Below, one piece after another: positions 9,103 through 20,203 of a DNA stretch of 64,000 nt. The translations under genes were made by a program, and so were the position numbers. Positions within the stretch are counted from its first letter, which is position 1. The number at the start of each line of letters is the position of its first letter. A model generated the notes under the pieces. The model was not told where the DNA came from. It saw nothing but the letters and a program-made list of their open reading frames with translations, and did not search any database. The DNA is from Actinomycetota bacterium (GTDB lineage Bacteria > Actinomycetota > Actinomycetes > S36-B12 > UBA5976), in NCBI GenBank assembly GCA_046048135.1, contig JBJOGR010000044.1, positions 3,300-67,299 on the forward strand, in the 5' to 3' direction.

Positions 9103-9942
9103 ATGAGTTCTCGTTCAATTACTGAAAATTATGCAAGAAAACATGGCAAAGTTTATTGGCTTTTTCACGATAGTTTTGTAATTGCTTGGAGAAATCTATT
9201 AAGGTTTAAAAGAAATCCAGAAGTTTTATTTTTTGATGTTGTTCAGCCTATTATTTTCATTTTATTATTTGCTTTTGTATTTGGTGGCGCGATTGATGTA
9301 GGCGATGGAAATTATCGATCATTCTTAATTCCAGGAATATTTGTTCAGACCATTGCATTTGCAGGAGCTTCTGCAGCAATTGGTTTAAACGCTGATATGA
9401 ATTCAGGAATTATTGACAGATTTAAATCATTACCAATGAATACTTTAGGAGTATTACTTGGACAAAACTTTGCAGATTTGGCTCGAAGTGTCGTTACTTT
9501 ATTCATCATGTCATTAACAGGTCTTGCCATTGGCTGGAGAATTAGTGGTGGATTTTTAAATGCAGTTTATGCTTATCTGTTACTTTTATTCTTTTGTTTT
9601 GCAATGGCATGGATTGGTGCAACTATTGGTTTATCGGTTTCATCCCCACAAGTTGCAAGCACGGCAGGTTTTGCTTGGCTTTTTCCTTTGACATTTTTAT
9701 CTAACGCATTTGTGCCATCAGAGACTTTGCCATCTTGGTTAAGAGTTTTTGCTGAATGGAATCCAATTACTTCTATTGTTGCAGCAGAAAGATACTTATT
9801 TGGTTATCCAGTTCCTGTAGCTGCAGATGCTCCATTTTCTTTGCAACATCCAATTTTGACGACTATCATTTGGTTAGTTTTAATAACTGCAGTATTCATG
9901 CCACTTGCAGGAAGAAAATTTAGAAAAGCAACTTCTCGTTAA
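9103..9942 (+). CDS. ABC-2 type exporter permease
   Basis: 279 aa with 6 TM helices. Its ATG immediately follows the ATPase stop codon (translational coupling). Confidence 0.8.
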   Translation: MSSRSITENYARKHGKVYWLFHDSFVIAWRNLLRFKRNPEVLFFDVVQPIIFILLFAFVFGGAIDVGDGNYRSFLIPGIFVQTIAFAGASAAIGLNADMNSGIIDRFKSLPMNTLGVLLGQNFADLARSVVTLFIMSLTGLAIGWRISGGFLNAVYAYLLLLFFCFAMAWIGATIGLSVSSPQVASTAGFAWLFPLTFLSNAFVPSETLPSWLRVFAEWNPITSIVAAERYLFGYPVPVAADAPFSLQHPILTTIIWLVLITAVFMPLAGRKFRKATSR

Positions 9943-10424
9943 TTTGAGTAAGTTTCAACTTTTGTAATTTTAATATTTACTTCATTACCATTAGGTAAAG
10001 CAAATGAAGTCTCATCGCCTTGCTTTTTACCTAACACAGCTTTTCCTAAAGGTGATTCTGGAGAATAAACATCCATAGTTGCATGTTGTGCTTCTTCTCT
10101 AGAAACTAACCAAAACTTTTCTGTATCTCCGTCTGAAAACTCAACGCTAACCACATGTCCAATTGCAATACTTCCTGTTTCACTAGGTGGAGTTCCAATT
10201 TGAGCATTCTCAAGCATTTGTTTTAATTGTCTAATTCTTGCTTCGTTCTTTCCTTGCTCTTCTCTTGCAGCGTGGTAACCACCGTTTTCTTTTAAATCGC
10301 CTTCTTCACGGGCAAGTTCTATTTTCTTTGTTATTTCTGAACGCAAAGCACCAGAACGTTCGTTTAATTCATTAGTTAAACGATCAAAAGATTCTTGGGT
10401 CAGCCACACATTTGAATTATTCAT
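9939..10424 (-). CDS. greA: transcription elongation factor GreA
   Basis: N-terminal coiled coil containing GDLKENGGYHAAREEQ, plus the C-terminal globular domain. Typical 161-aa length. Confidence 0.9.
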   Translation of the reverse strand: MNNSNVWLTQESFDRLTNELNERSGALRSEITKKIELAREEGDLKENGGYHAAREEQGKNEARIRQLKQMLENAQIGTPPSETGSIAIGHVVSVEFSDGDTEKFWLVSREEAQHATMDVYSPESPLGKAVLGKKQGDETSFALPNGNEVNIKITKVETYSN

Positions 10425-10439
10425 AAGTTCTAATAATAC

Positions 10440-10928
10440 TTATTGCCCAGAATTTATGGCTGGGGGATCTTGTTTAGGAATTTCTACCCCAGGAATAAAT
10501 TGAGGTGCTGTAAAAAGAGTTGATTCTTTTTCATCATCACAATTAATTACTTCTACGCTATATGCTTCTTCATAAGTTTTTAGATTGTAATTAATTTGTT
10601 TATAGTTCAAGCCATCTTGAGGAATTTCTAATATGGCATATCCAACATCAGTCATATTCTCATTCTGTGCTCTTAATAAACACCATAAATCTAGATTTTC
10701 ATTTCTTCTTACTTCAAAAATAACTTCAACATTATTTTTATCTTTTATTTCCCAAGCTAACAACTTGTCATGAATTGGAGGACTAATTACTCTATTAATA
10801 CCCACTAAAACAAATGCACCAATAATGGAAATAAAAATAAAACCCACAAAATATAGAAACCAAGGTCTACCTTGTTTGGGATAGCGTTCTTGAATATGAG
10901 AAGGCCATTGATCTCGATTTGTTAGCAA
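10440..10928 (-). CDS. single-pass membrane protein (DUF4307-like position)
   Basis: One N-terminal TM helix, then a beta-rich domain. It sits between greA and mca, as I recall the Rv1081c-type gene does in mycobacteria. Confidence 0.5.
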   Translation of the reverse strand: MLTNRDQWPSHIQERYPKQGRPWFLYFVGFIFISIIGAFVLVGINRVISPPIHDKLLAWEIKDKNNVEVIFEVRRNENLDLWCLLRAQNENMTDVGYAILEIPQDGLNYKQINYNLKTYEEAYSVEVINCDDEKESTLFTAPQFIPGVEIPKQDPPAINSGQ

Positions 10929-10997
10929 AAGTAGTTCCTCATAAGATTTAAGTTGTCTTTAATTGACAATACTGCCTCTATTTAAAGGATATTAAAG

Positions 10998-11849
10998 TTG
11001 CAAGATTTACGCCTGTTATGTGTTCATGCTCATCCTGATGATGAAGCAAGTAAGGGCGCTGCCACAGTTGCTAAATATGTTGATGAAGGTGTGCAAGTCA
11101 TGATTGCCACTTGCACAGGAGGGGAAAGAGGAGATGTTTTAAATCCAAAACTTAAATCCCCTGAAGTAGCAGAAAAATTAGCTCAAATTCGAAAAGAAGA
11201 AATGGCTAAATCAATTCAAGTTTTGGGAGCAAAACACACTTGGCTTGGTTTTATTGATTCTGGTTATCCAGAAGGAGATCCAAAACCACCACTTCCAGAA
11301 GGTTGTTTTGCAGAAATTCCTCTTAAAGATGCCAGCAGACCATTAATTAAATTAATTCGAGAATTTAGGCCACAAGTTGTAGTTACTTATGATGAAAATG
11401 GAGGCTATCCCCACCCAGATCACATTAGAACTCACGAAGTGACAATGTTTGCCTACGAAAATGCTTCGAAATTAAATTATGAACCTGATTTAGGTTTTCC
11501 ATGGCAAATAAAAAAAGTTTATTACCAAATGGGTTTTAACTTTGGTCAAATGAAAGCAATAGATAATGCTTTTAAAGAGTTAGGAAAAACCAATCCATAT
11601 GCTGATTGGATGATTGATATGGAAGATGACACTGATTTAGTTACAACAAAAATTGAATGCAGTAAATATTTTGATAAAAGAGATTTAGCACTCAAAGCCC
11701 ACGCTACCCAAGTAGATCCAGATGGTGATTGGTTTGCTTTACCGACTGAAATTCAAAAAAAGATTTGGCCAACAGAGGATTATCAATTAGCGGTAACTCG
11801 AGTGCCATTTAAAACACCTGAAACTGATTTATTTCAAGGTTTGCGATAG
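10998..11849 (+). CDS. mca: mycothiol S-conjugate amidase (LmbE/PIG-L zinc deacetylase family)
   Basis: VHAHPDDE and HPDH zinc motifs. Assigned as Mca rather than MshB from the greA-adjacent synteny (Rv1080c-Rv1082 pattern). Confidence 0.75.
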   Translation: MQDLRLLCVHAHPDDEASKGAATVAKYVDEGVQVMIATCTGGERGDVLNPKLKSPEVAEKLAQIRKEEMAKSIQVLGAKHTWLGFIDSGYPEGDPKPPLPEGCFAEIPLKDASRPLIKLIREFRPQVVVTYDENGGYPHPDHIRTHEVTMFAYENASKLNYEPDLGFPWQIKKVYYQMGFNFGQMKAIDNAFKELGKTNPYADWMIDMEDDTDLVTTKIECSKYFDKRDLALKAHATQVDPDGDWFALPTEIQKKIWPTEDYQLAVTRVPFKTPETDLFQGLR

Positions 11850-11858
11850 ATTTAATTT

Positions 11859-12035
11859 ATGTTGACTAACTTAGTTTTGTTACTTGCAGAAACTCCTGAA
11901 ATTGATCCAGATCGAGTAAGACCTGGGTTATTAGGGTTGTTAAGTTTTGGCCTATTGGGTATTTCTGTTGCCTTAATCTCTTACTTTTTAATTAGAAGTT
12001 TAAAGAAAACAGATCAGACTTTTAAAAATAACTAA
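11859..12035 (+). CDS. small (58-aa) membrane protein
   Basis: Not in the ORF track because it is under 60 aa. Translation: MLTNLVLLLAETPEIDPDRVRPGLLGLLSFGLLGISVALISYFLIRSLKKTDQTFKNN. One TM helix. Starts 10 nt after the mca stop. Confidence 0.45.
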   Translation: MLTNLVLLLAETPEIDPDRVRPGLLGLLSFGLLGISVALISYFLIRSLKKTDQTFKNN

Positions 12036-12718
12036 AGTCTATTTAGTCCTTTTAGCGCCTCTCTTTTTGAAACAATAGACATCGAAGGATTTTTTCTTAA
12101 AAATTCTCTAACTTTTTTTGGATTAATTTTTGCAAAATCCCTCAATGCCCAGCCGATAGCTTTTGCCACAAAAAACTCAGAATTGTTAATGTGTTTTTGG
12201 CAAATTTTTAAAACAAAATCAACATCAGTTTTTGTTCTATGTCCACGCTGATGTTGAATTGCGCATCGAATTAGCCAAATATTTTTAGAATTGTTCCATT
12301 TATTTATTGTTTTTCTGGTTTGTGAATATTTCAATGTCAAAGGTGAAATTACTTGAGTGCCAAGTAAATCAACTGAGTCCCACCAAGATTTACTTTTGAT
12401 AAGGACAGTTATTTGCTCTAAAGTTTTTGGAGTGCAAACATCAATATATTTACCAATTAAGTCGCAAGCTGCATATTGATATTCTCTTTGAGGTAATTTC
12501 CACAAAAGTTTTGCTGCATTTATTAATTCTTTTTCAGTTGGTTTTGAAAGATTTTGCCATGCTTTTTTAGTTAATTTTCTTCTTATTGGTGAACTTATTC
12601 CTATGAATGGTGCAATGTTTTTCATGTAGTTTGCTGCACCTTCAGCCATTTTTTTATTTCCAGCATTTTTAAATGCTTGTTTGGTTAATGAAACTACCTC
12701 TTTATCCCAATTACTCAT
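12032..12718 (-). CDS. DNA alkylation repair protein (AlkD/AlkC-like HEAT-repeat glycosylase family)
   Basis: All-helical 228-aa protein. WWDSVD and AIGWALRDFAK segments match the recalled PF08713-type signature. Confidence 0.65.
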   Translation of the reverse strand: MSNWDKEVVSLTKQAFKNAGNKKMAEGAANYMKNIAPFIGISSPIRRKLTKKAWQNLSKPTEKELINAAKLLWKLPQREYQYAACDLIGKYIDVCTPKTLEQITVLIKSKSWWDSVDLLGTQVISPLTLKYSQTRKTINKWNNSKNIWLIRCAIQHQRGHRTKTDVDFVLKICQKHINNSEFFVAKAIGWALRDFAKINPKKVREFLRKNPSMSIVSKREALKGLNRL

Positions 12719-12739
12719 ATAACTACTAGATTAGTCGCC

Positions 12740-13378
12740 ATGCCTCCACTAAATGATGTAATCGCATTTGCCATTGCTTCATTTTTGATCATTATCATTC
12801 CTGGACCAAGCGTTTTATTCACGATTGGTAGAGGAATTTCATTTGGTAAAAAAGCTGCGCTAGTTAATGTGGCGGGAAATTCTGTCGGAATGTTTACGGG
12901 ATCTTTAGGTGTTGCAATTGGAATTGGATCTTTAGTCCAAAGCTCTGATATTGCTTACGCAATTGTAGGTGTGGCAGGTGGAGGATATTTAGTTTATTTA
13001 GGTTATGACGCAATAAAAACAAGAAAAGATGTTGCCAAAGCTTTGGTAGAAAAATCAGATCCTAAACCCTCGAAAGAAGTTTTCAAACAAGGCTTTATTG
13101 TGGGTTTTTTAAATCCAAAATCTTTAGTTTTTTTTGCAGCAATCTTGCCACAGTTTGTTGATAGATCCCAAGGAAGAATTATTTGGCAAATGATTTTCTT
13201 AGCTATTATATTTTTTGTTATTGCAGTAATAAGTGATAGCACTTGGGGATTAGTTGCAGGTACTGCCAGACACTGGCTTGCAAGCACTCCAACTCGAATT
13301 GAAAAAATCACTGGAGCAGGTGGACTAATAATCCTGGCGCTTGGTTTAAGTGTCATTTATTCTGCCTTCAACCGTTAA
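12740..13378 (+). CDS. LysE/RhtB family amino-acid exporter
   Basis: 212 aa with 5-6 TM helices. N-terminal IIPGPS motif typical of LysE-family translocators. Confidence 0.8.
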   Translation: MPPLNDVIAFAIASFLIIIIPGPSVLFTIGRGISFGKKAALVNVAGNSVGMFTGSLGVAIGIGSLVQSSDIAYAIVGVAGGGYLVYLGYDAIKTRKDVAKALVEKSDPKPSKEVFKQGFIVGFLNPKSLVFFAAILPQFVDRSQGRIIWQMIFLAIIFFVIAVISDSTWGLVAGTARHWLASTPTRIEKITGAGGLIILALGLSVIYSAFNR

Positions 13379-13486
13379 CTTTAACTTGGGTGTGTCGCAA
13401 CTATTGGATTACCAAAATCCTCTAGCGTTTAAGAGAAAGAAACTTCTAGACAACTGAAAAAGCTTTAAGCGTTAGGAAGTGGTTGA

Positions 13487-14800
13487 TTGTCAGCTGCTCG
13501 GCGAACAGAACCAAATATTCGCACCTACGTTCTTGACACCAGTGTTTTACTCTCCGATCCTAAAGCGATGTATCGCTTTGCTGAACATGAAATTGTTATT
13601 CCTTTAATTGTGGTTACTGAATTAGAAGCAAAAAGAACTCATCCAGAACTTGGTTTTTTTGCCAGAGAAGCACTTCGTCAATTAGATGAAATGAGAATTG
13701 AGCACGGACGTCTTGATTTACCTATGAAGGTAAATGAGGAAGGCGGGGAATTAAGTGTTGATATGTCTCAAATTGATGCTTCCCTTTTGCCAAGTGCTTT
13801 TTCTTTAGATAATGACGGAATTATTTTGGCAACAGCTAAATTACTTTCTACTCAAGGTGCAGATGTTTATGTAGTAAGTAAAGACTTACCAATGCGCGTT
13901 AAAGCTTCAGCATTAGGTTTATCAGCCGAAGAATATCGTGCAGAATTTGTTGCTTCCTCTGGATGGACTGGAATTTCAGATGTTGAATTAAGTGAAAGTG
14001 AAGTTAATGATTTATATTCAAATGGCTTTATTGACCATGATTCTGCAAGACAACTTCCATGTCATACAGGCTTAATTCTTACTTCAAATAAAGGAAGTGC
14101 TTTAGGAAGAGTTACCACAGATAAAAGAATTAAATTAGTAAGAGGCGATATTGATGCATTTGGAATTCATGGCAGAAGTGCAGAGCAAAGATTGGCTCTA
14201 GATTTATTACTTGATGACGAAGTTGGAATTGTTTCCTTAGGTGGAAGAGCAGGAACTGGTAAAAGTGCTTTAGCAATTTGTGCTGGGTTAGAACATGTTT
14301 TAGAAAGAAGAAATCATCGAAAAGTTATGGTTTTTAGACCTTTATATGCAGTCGGTGGACAAGATTTAGGTTATTTACCAGGTACTGAAGGTGAAAAAAT
14401 GAGTCCTTGGGCTCAAGCAGTTTTTGACACACTTGGTGCAATTGCAAGTCCTGAAGTGATTCAAGAAATTGTTGCTCGCGATCTTATTGAAGTTTTACCA
14501 TTAACTCATATTCGTGGTAGATCTTTACATGATTCATTTGTAATAGTAGATGAGGCTCAAAGTTTAGAAAGAAATGTTTTATTAACTGTACTTTCAAGAA
14601 TTGGAAAAGGTTCAAAAGTTGTATTAACTCATGATGTTGCCCAAAGAGATAATTTAAGAGTAGGAAGACATGATGGAGTAGTTGCTGTGGTTGAAAAACT
14701 AAAAGGTCATCCTTTATTTGCCCACGTTACTTTAACTCGTTCTGAGCGTTCTCCAATTGCAGCTTTAGTTACAGATTTATTAGAAGATTTTCCAGTTTAA
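13487..14800 (+). CDS. phoH2: PIN domain-PhoH ATPase fusion (PhoH2-type RNA helicase/RNase)
   Basis: N-terminal PIN ([12 protein letters not shown]), then PhoH ATPase Walker A GRAGTGKS and Walker B IVDEAQ. Confidence 0.85.
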   Translation: MSAARRTEPNIRTYVLDTSVLLSDPKAMYRFAEHEIVIPLIVVTELEAKRTHPELGFFAREALRQLDEMRIEHGRLDLPMKVNEEGGELSVDMSQIDASLLPSAFSLDNDGIILATAKLLSTQGADVYVVSKDLPMRVKASALGLSAEEYRAEFVASSGWTGISDVELSESEVNDLYSNGFIDHDSARQLPCHTGLILTSNKGSALGRVTTDKRIKLVRGDIDAFGIHGRSAEQRLALDLLLDDEVGIVSLGGRAGTGKSALAICAGLEHVLERRNHRKVMVFRPLYAVGGQDLGYLPGTEGEKMSPWAQAVFDTLGAIASPEVIQEIVARDLIEVLPLTHIRGRSLHDSFVIVDEAQSLERNVLLTVLSRIGKGSKVVLTHDVAQRDNLRVGRHDGVVAVVEKLKGHPLFAHVTLTRSERSPIAALVTDLLEDFPV

Positions 14801-14802
14801 TT

Positions 14803-16470
14803 TCAACCAGAATCTGGTCCCACAGGAATCGTTTTACCTAAACTTTTTGTAGTTGTGTCAAAGAAATTATTTCCTTTATCATCAACCACCACAAAGGCTG
14901 GAAAATCAACAATGTCTATTTTCCAAACTGCTTCCATACCTAATTCTTCAAAATCTAGAACTTCAACTTTCTTAATGCATTCTTGAGCAAGTAATGCTGC
15001 AGGTCCACCAATTGAACCTAAATAAAAGCCACCATTATTTTTACAAGCATTTGTCACAATTTGGCTTCTATTTCCTTTAGCCAACATAATCATTGAACCA
15101 CCATTTTTTTGAAAACGATCAACATAAGAATCCATACGACCTGCAGTAGTTGGACCAAAAGAACCAGATGCCATTCCTTGAGGAGTTTTAGCAGGACCTG
15201 CGTAATAAACAGCATGATTTTTCATATATTCAGGCATTGGTTTGCCTTCATCAAGCATTTGATTTATTTTGGCATGAGCTAAATCTCTTGCCACAATCAT
15301 TGATCCAGATAAAGAAACTCTTGATTTAACAGAAAGTTTTGACAAAGTTGCCAATACTTCTTTCATAGGTTGATTTAAATCAATTTTTGTCACATCATCA
15401 TTTAAATGTTCATCAGTTGTTTCCGGTAAGAATTGGGCAGGATCTGTTTCTAATTGTTCAAGAAATACACCATCTTTATTTATCTTTGCCAATATTTGTC
15501 TATCTGCAGCACAAGAAACTGCAATGGAAACTGGAAGAGAAGCTCCATGGCGGGGAAGTCTTATTACTCTTACATCATGACAAAAATATTTTCCACCAAA
15601 TTGTGCACCGATGCCAAAAGTTTGACTCATCTTTAAAACATGTTCTTCCATTTCTAAATCTCTAAATCCATGACCAAGCATTGAACCTTTTGTTGGTAAT
15701 GAATCAAGTGCTCTAGTGGTAGCAAGTTTTGCAACCTTTAATGAGTATTCAGCACTAGTGCCACCGATAACAATTGCTAAATGATAAGGAGGACAAGCTG
15801 CTGTTCCTAAAAGTCTTAATTTTTCTTCTAAGAACTCATCTAACTTTTCAGGATTAAGTAATGCTTTTGTTTCTTGATACATTAAAGATTTATTTGCAGA
15901 ACCTCCACCTTTAGCCATAAACATAAATGAATATTCCAATTCATGACCTGGTTTTGTGTCAGCATAAATTTCAATTTGTGCCGGTAAGTTAGTGCCAGTA
16001 TTTTTTTCTTCCCACATTGAAAGTGGAGCAAGTTGTGAATAACGAAGATTTAATTGTTGATAAGCATTAAAAACACCTTCAGAAATTATTTCTTCATCAT
16101 GTGAATTGGTTATGACGTTTGATCCCCTTTTTCCGGTGATGATTACAGTTCCCGTGTCTTGACACATTGGAAGTACTCCACCTGCAGAAATATTGGCATT
16201 TTTTAATAAATCAAGGGCTACGAATTTATCGTTATTACTTGCTTCTTTGTCATCAAGAATTTTTCTTAATTGTTTTAAATGATTTGTTCTTAAATAATGT
16301 TGAGAATCATGCATTGCTTCAAAGGTAAGTTTTTTAATTGTTTCTGGTTCAATAACCAAAAATTCCTTGTCACCCATTTTTTCAATTTTGAAACCTGAGT
16401 CAGATATTTTTCTATAGGTTGTTTTATCTTCACCTAACGGCAGAAGCTCTGTGTATTGAAACTCTGCCAT
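14803..16470 (-). CDS. class I (Fe-S dependent) fumarate hydratase
   Basis: 555 aa, collinear with FumA-type enzymes ([29 protein letters not shown]). N- and C-terminal domains are fused. Confidence 0.9.
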   Translation of the reverse strand: MAEFQYTELLPLGEDKTTYRKISDSGFKIEKMGDKEFLVIEPETIKKLTFEAMHDSQHYLRTNHLKQLRKILDDKEASNNDKFVALDLLKNANISAGGVLPMCQDTGTVIITGKRGSNVITNSHDEEIISEGVFNAYQQLNLRYSQLAPLSMWEEKNTGTNLPAQIEIYADTKPGHELEYSFMFMAKGGGSANKSLMYQETKALLNPEKLDEFLEEKLRLLGTAACPPYHLAIVIGGTSAEYSLKVAKLATTRALDSLPTKGSMLGHGFRDLEMEEHVLKMSQTFGIGAQFGGKYFCHDVRVIRLPRHGASLPVSIAVSCAADRQILAKINKDGVFLEQLETDPAQFLPETTDEHLNDDVTKIDLNQPMKEVLATLSKLSVKSRVSLSGSMIVARDLAHAKINQMLDEGKPMPEYMKNHAVYYAGPAKTPQGMASGSFGPTTAGRMDSYVDRFQKNGGSMIMLAKGNRSQIVTNACKNNGGFYLGSIGGPAALLAQECIKKVEVLDFEELGMEAVWKIDIVDFPAFVVVDDKGNNFFDTTTKSLGKTIPVGPDSG

Positions 16471-16516
16471 AGCAAGTTTTCCTTCCAGAAATAAAACTTT
16501 CTTTCATCTTACGCCT

Positions 16517-17098
16517 ATGCACAAGAAGCGAGAAATTGAAACTTCGGGAACAATAGGAAGTATGAGTCAGAAAAAATCTCGCACACTGCAGTCAGTTTCT
16601 GACATGGTCCTATCTCTAATAGTTACTGGATTGTTAGTTGGGTCACTTGCAACTTTTGTTTGGTTTACTCGACAAGATTCTGAAGTAGTTTTAAGACCTG
16701 TTGATTGGCAAGGAGTAGCACTGGGTGCGCAAGAAAGAACAGACTTACCAACTTATGGACCTATTGGTTTAAGTAAAGAATGGAATGCCACAAGTGCAAG
16801 ATTAGAAACAGTTGGAGACTCACAAGTTTGGAGAGTTGGAGTTGTAACACCAAGTCAAGAATTTATTAGTGTAATTGTTTCAAAAACAGAATTAAAAAGA
16901 TTAATTAGAACTTATACAACTTTAGAATTAGAAAATGAGCAAAATAGAGTAATAAATAATAAAACTTATACAGTTTTAGAAAATGAAAAAGACAAATTAC
17001 TTTTTATAACTGAAAATAATGTTAATCTGTTAATTTACACAACTACAAATTGGGATGAAATAAATACTTTTATTTCTAATCTAGGAATTCCTAGTTAG
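16517..17098 (+). CDS. membrane-anchored hypothetical protein (DUF4245-like position)
   Basis: One TM helix followed by a soluble domain, lying between the fumarase and xseB. The true start may be the internal MSQKK. Confidence 0.45.
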   Translation: MHKKREIETSGTIGSMSQKKSRTLQSVSDMVLSLIVTGLLVGSLATFVWFTRQDSEVVLRPVDWQGVALGAQERTDLPTYGPIGLSKEWNATSARLETVGDSQVWRVGVVTPSQEFISVIVSKTELKRLIRTYTTLELENEQNRVINNKTYTVLENEKDKLLFITENNVNLLIYTTTNWDEINTFISNLGIPS

Positions 17099-17304
17099 TC
17101 TTCTTCCTCTTCATCTTCGGTTAAAGCTTCCAAACGTTCTTGAGCAGAATCTAAAATATTTTGACAAATTAGAGCAAGTTGCTCACCTTTTTCCCAAAGT
17201 TTTAAAGTTTCTTCTAAAGCCAAGTTTCCTGATTCAAGTTGAGTAACAATTTCTTCTAATGCAGTTCTTGCTTGTTCGTAACTTAGGTTTGTGTCTTTGG
17301 CCAT
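17095..17304 (-). CDS. xseB: exodeoxyribonuclease VII small subunit
   Basis: 69-aa helical hairpin protein (LSYEQARTALEEIVTQLE) with an acidic tail, directly downstream of xseA. Confidence 0.85.
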   Translation of the reverse strand: MAKDTNLSYEQARTALEEIVTQLESGNLALEETLKLWEKGEQLALICQNILDSAQERLEALTEDEEEED

Positions 17305-17322
17305 GGCTTAACTATATTTCTT

Positions 17323-18531
17323 TTACTTTTTGACTTCTGCTTGGAGGGAATCTTTTTCAAGTCGAATTTGTAACAATTCTCCTGTTTTTACTTCACTTGC
17401 TTTTCTAACTAATTTGCCATCATGTTTTTGCACTATGGCAAAACCTCTCGCCAGAGTGCTCAAAGGTGAAAGCGTTCTAAGTTGAGCCAGTCGAGGTTTA
17501 AACCAAGTTTGTTCAGAATAGATCTTGGTAGAAATAATGTTTCTTAAACTTTGTTTCAAATCAATTACTACATCTCGATGAGATTGGATAAATTCTTTAG
17601 GAGAATCAAGAGCAGATTTTTCCAGCAATCTTTCTAGGCTAATTTGCTCTTTTTCAATTCTATTGGCAATAATTTCTCGCATTCTAAAAATCCAATCATC
17701 AATTAATTCAATTTCATCTTCTAAGTCAGGAACTAATTTTGATGCAGCATCTGTTGGTGTTGATGCTCTTAAATCAGATACAAAATCCAAGAGCGGATTA
17801 TCTTGTTCATGTCCAATGGCACTTATTACAGGAATGTTTGATGCAGCGACTGCACGCAAAAGCATTTCATCGGAGAAAGGTAATAAATCTTCGAATGAGC
17901 CTCCGCCACGAGTAATAACAATTACATCAACTTCATTTTCTGCATTTAATTGTGCAAGAGCTGCTCTTACTTCAGAAGAAGACTTAACACCTTGCACAGC
18001 AACTTCATGAACATCAAACTTTATTCCTGGCCATCTAAGCATGGTGTTTTCCATTACATCTTTCATGGCAGCACTAGCTCTGCCACAAATTAAACCAATT
18101 TTTTTAGGTAAAAAAGGAATCGGCTTCTTTTTTTCTGGAGCAAATAAACCTTCCTTTTGTAATTGTTGTTTGAGTTTTTCAAGAGCAATCATTAATTCAC
18201 CTAAACCAACTGGTTGGATTTTTCTTGCTCTAAAAACCAACGATCCACGATTCATCCAAAACTCTGGTTTGCCATGAACTAAAACTCTTTGACCACTTTC
18301 AATTTCAGATGGAGCATCATCTAATACCGATCGATTAAAAACAACATTTAATGTGGCTTCTGCAGAAACATCTCTTAAATCAACAAATACCCAATCACTT
18401 CCAGGTCTTATTTTTATAGAAGTAATTTGTCCTTCAATCCAGACAGAAGGCATTTGGGAAATAACTTCAGACAATGCTCTTGAGGCATCTTTGACTTGGA
18501 TTGCTTCTTCGGGACTTTGACCTGACTTCAT
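17323..18531 (-). CDS. xseA: exodeoxyribonuclease VII large subunit
   Basis: OB-fold N-terminus, catalytic core (ITRGGGS, SAIGHE.D) and a long coiled-coil C-terminus. Start set at ATG 18531 (MKSGQ), which removes the overlap with ispH. Confidence 0.85.
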   Translation of the reverse strand: MKSGQSPEEAIQVKDASRALSEVISQMPSVWIEGQITSIKIRPGSDWVFVDLRDVSAEATLNVVFNRSVLDDAPSEIESGQRVLVHGKPEFWMNRGSLVFRARKIQPVGLGELMIALEKLKQQLQKEGLFAPEKKKPIPFLPKKIGLICGRASAAMKDVMENTMLRWPGIKFDVHEVAVQGVKSSSEVRAALAQLNAENEVDVIVITRGGGSFEDLLPFSDEMLLRAVAASNIPVISAIGHEQDNPLLDFVSDLRASTPTDAASKLVPDLEDEIELIDDWIFRMREIIANRIEKEQISLERLLEKSALDSPKEFIQSHRDVVIDLKQSLRNIISTKIYSEQTWFKPRLAQLRTLSPLSTLARGFAIVQKHDGKLVRKASEVKTGELLQIRLEKDSLQAEVKK

Positions 18532-18589
18532 GAAAACAGCGTAGATGCTCAAGATGCTTTCCTCAACGCCAACGCATACGATATTTAAT

Positions 18590-19552
18590 ATGACTTCAAC
18601 AGGCAAAGTTCTTTTAGCAGCACCTCGCGGTTATTGCGCCGGGGTAGATAGAGCTGTAGTAACAGTTGAAAAAGCGCTTCAAGTTCATGGCGCTCCTGTT
18701 TATGTAAGAAAACAAATTGTTCATAACAAACACGTAGTAGAGACTTTAGAAAAAAAAGGTGTAATTTTTGTTGATGAATTAACTGAAGTTCCAGAAGGTT
18801 CATTAGTGGTATTTAGTGCACATGGAGTTTCCCCTGCAGTTCATGAAGAAGCAAAACAAAGAAATTTAAAAACCATAGATGCAACTTGTCCACTGGTTAC
18901 CAAAGTTCACAATGAAGCAAAAAGATTTGCTAAAGATGGTTACAAAATTTTGCTCATTGGACATGAAGGCCATGAAGAAGTTGAAGGCACAATGGGCGAA
19001 GCGCCAGAAAATATGATTTTAGTTGATGGTCTTGATCAAGTTGAAAAGTTAAATTTAAAAGAAGACGAAAAAGTTGCTTGGCTATCTCAAACCACATTGT
19101 CAGTTGATGAAACTTTAGAAACAGTTCACGCTTTAAAGAAAAAACTTCCAGTTTTAATGGATCCACCATCAGATGACATTTGTTATGCAACTCAAAATCG
19201 ACAAGCAGCAGTTAAAAATATTGCGCCACAAGTTGATGTTTTGATTGTGGTTGGATCAAGTAATTCTTCTAACTCTGTTCGATTAGTAGATGTGGCATTA
19301 GAAGCTGGAGTTAAAAAAGCATTTCGAATTGATTTTGCTCACGAATTAAATAAAGAATGGTTTGATGGAGCTAAATCTGTTGGACTTACAAGTGGGGCAT
19401 CTGTACCTGAAGAATTAGTAAATGGCGTATTGAAATGGTTAGATGAAAATGGTTTTGGCGATGTTGAAGAAGTTGAAACTATTGAAGAACATATTCAATT
19501 TGCGCTACCGGTAGAAATTAGAAAAGACTTAAAAGCAGCTCTTAAGAACTAA
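18590..19552 (+). CDS. ispH: 4-hydroxy-3-methylbut-2-enyl diphosphate reductase
   Basis: [12 protein letters not shown] (first cluster Cys), [10 protein letters not shown] and SSNSSNS motifs. Start set at ATG 18590 ([10 protein letters not shown]). Confidence 0.9.
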   Translation: MTSTGKVLLAAPRGYCAGVDRAVVTVEKALQVHGAPVYVRKQIVHNKHVVETLEKKGVIFVDELTEVPEGSLVVFSAHGVSPAVHEEAKQRNLKTIDATCPLVTKVHNEAKRFAKDGYKILLIGHEGHEEVEGTMGEAPENMILVDGLDQVEKLNLKEDEKVAWLSQTTLSVDETLETVHALKKKLPVLMDPPSDDICYATQNRQAAVKNIAPQVDVLIVVGSSNSSNSVRLVDVALEAGVKKAFRIDFAHELNKEWFDGAKSVGLTSGASVPEELVNGVLKWLDENGFGDVEEVETIEEHIQFALPVEIRKDLKAALKN

Positions 19553-20192
19553 ATCTTTTAATTCTTATATAAGTAATAAAAAATGCCAAAATTGTTGAAC
19601 CAACCATCCAAGGTGCATTAAAAGCTAACGTTGTTAAAAGCATTGCTGCTTGCTTGAGCATAAAACTTCCTGCCGAACTTAGAGTTAATTGACCAAGAAT
19701 TAAGACAATTAGGAAATAGGCGATTGGTCCAGAAATTACTGGATCCCAATAATGTTTCGATTCAATAGTTGCAGCTAAATAAATAAGGGTTACCGAATAG
19801 GCAAGGCTTGTAATAATGCCGATTCGTCCAGTTAATAAAACATCTAATAGACCAATTACTAATGGCACAACCAAAATTAAAAGCACTGCAGTTTTTGCAG
19901 GCAGTGGTGGTTGTAGCCAAGAAACTCTTTGAGAAAAAGAAATTCTTTCTCTTTCTTCTTGTTGAAGTTGTTCTGTTAAAACTGGATTACTTGCTGTGCC
20001 TTTATAAAAGTTTTCAACTTTTTTTGCAATTTCTTGCGAATCCGCAAATTTATCTGCTGCGGCAGATTCTTTTCTTCTTGCAAGTGCTGGATATGCATTT
20101 TCACTTTGTGGACCAGTTGCACCAACTGCGCGATAGTAACGAGGTTCTAATTCTCTACGATTTTCTTCAGCCACGACTACTACCGTATCCAA
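19542..20192 (-). CDS. integral membrane protein with charged N-terminal tail
   Basis: 216 aa: a soluble N-terminus of about 95 aa, then 4 TM helices. No family confidently recognised. Confidence 0.4.
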   Translation of the reverse strand: MDTVVVVAEENRRELEPRYYRAVGATGPQSENAYPALARRKESAAADKFADSQEIAKKVENFYKGTASNPVLTEQLQQEERERISFSQRVSWLQPPLPAKTAVLLILVVPLVIGLLDVLLTGRIGIITSLAYSVTLIYLAATIESKHYWDPVISGPIAYFLIVLILGQLTLSSAGSFMLKQAAMLLTTLAFNAPWMVGSTILAFFITYIRIKRFSS

Positions 20193-20203
20193 TAACTATG
20201 GAA

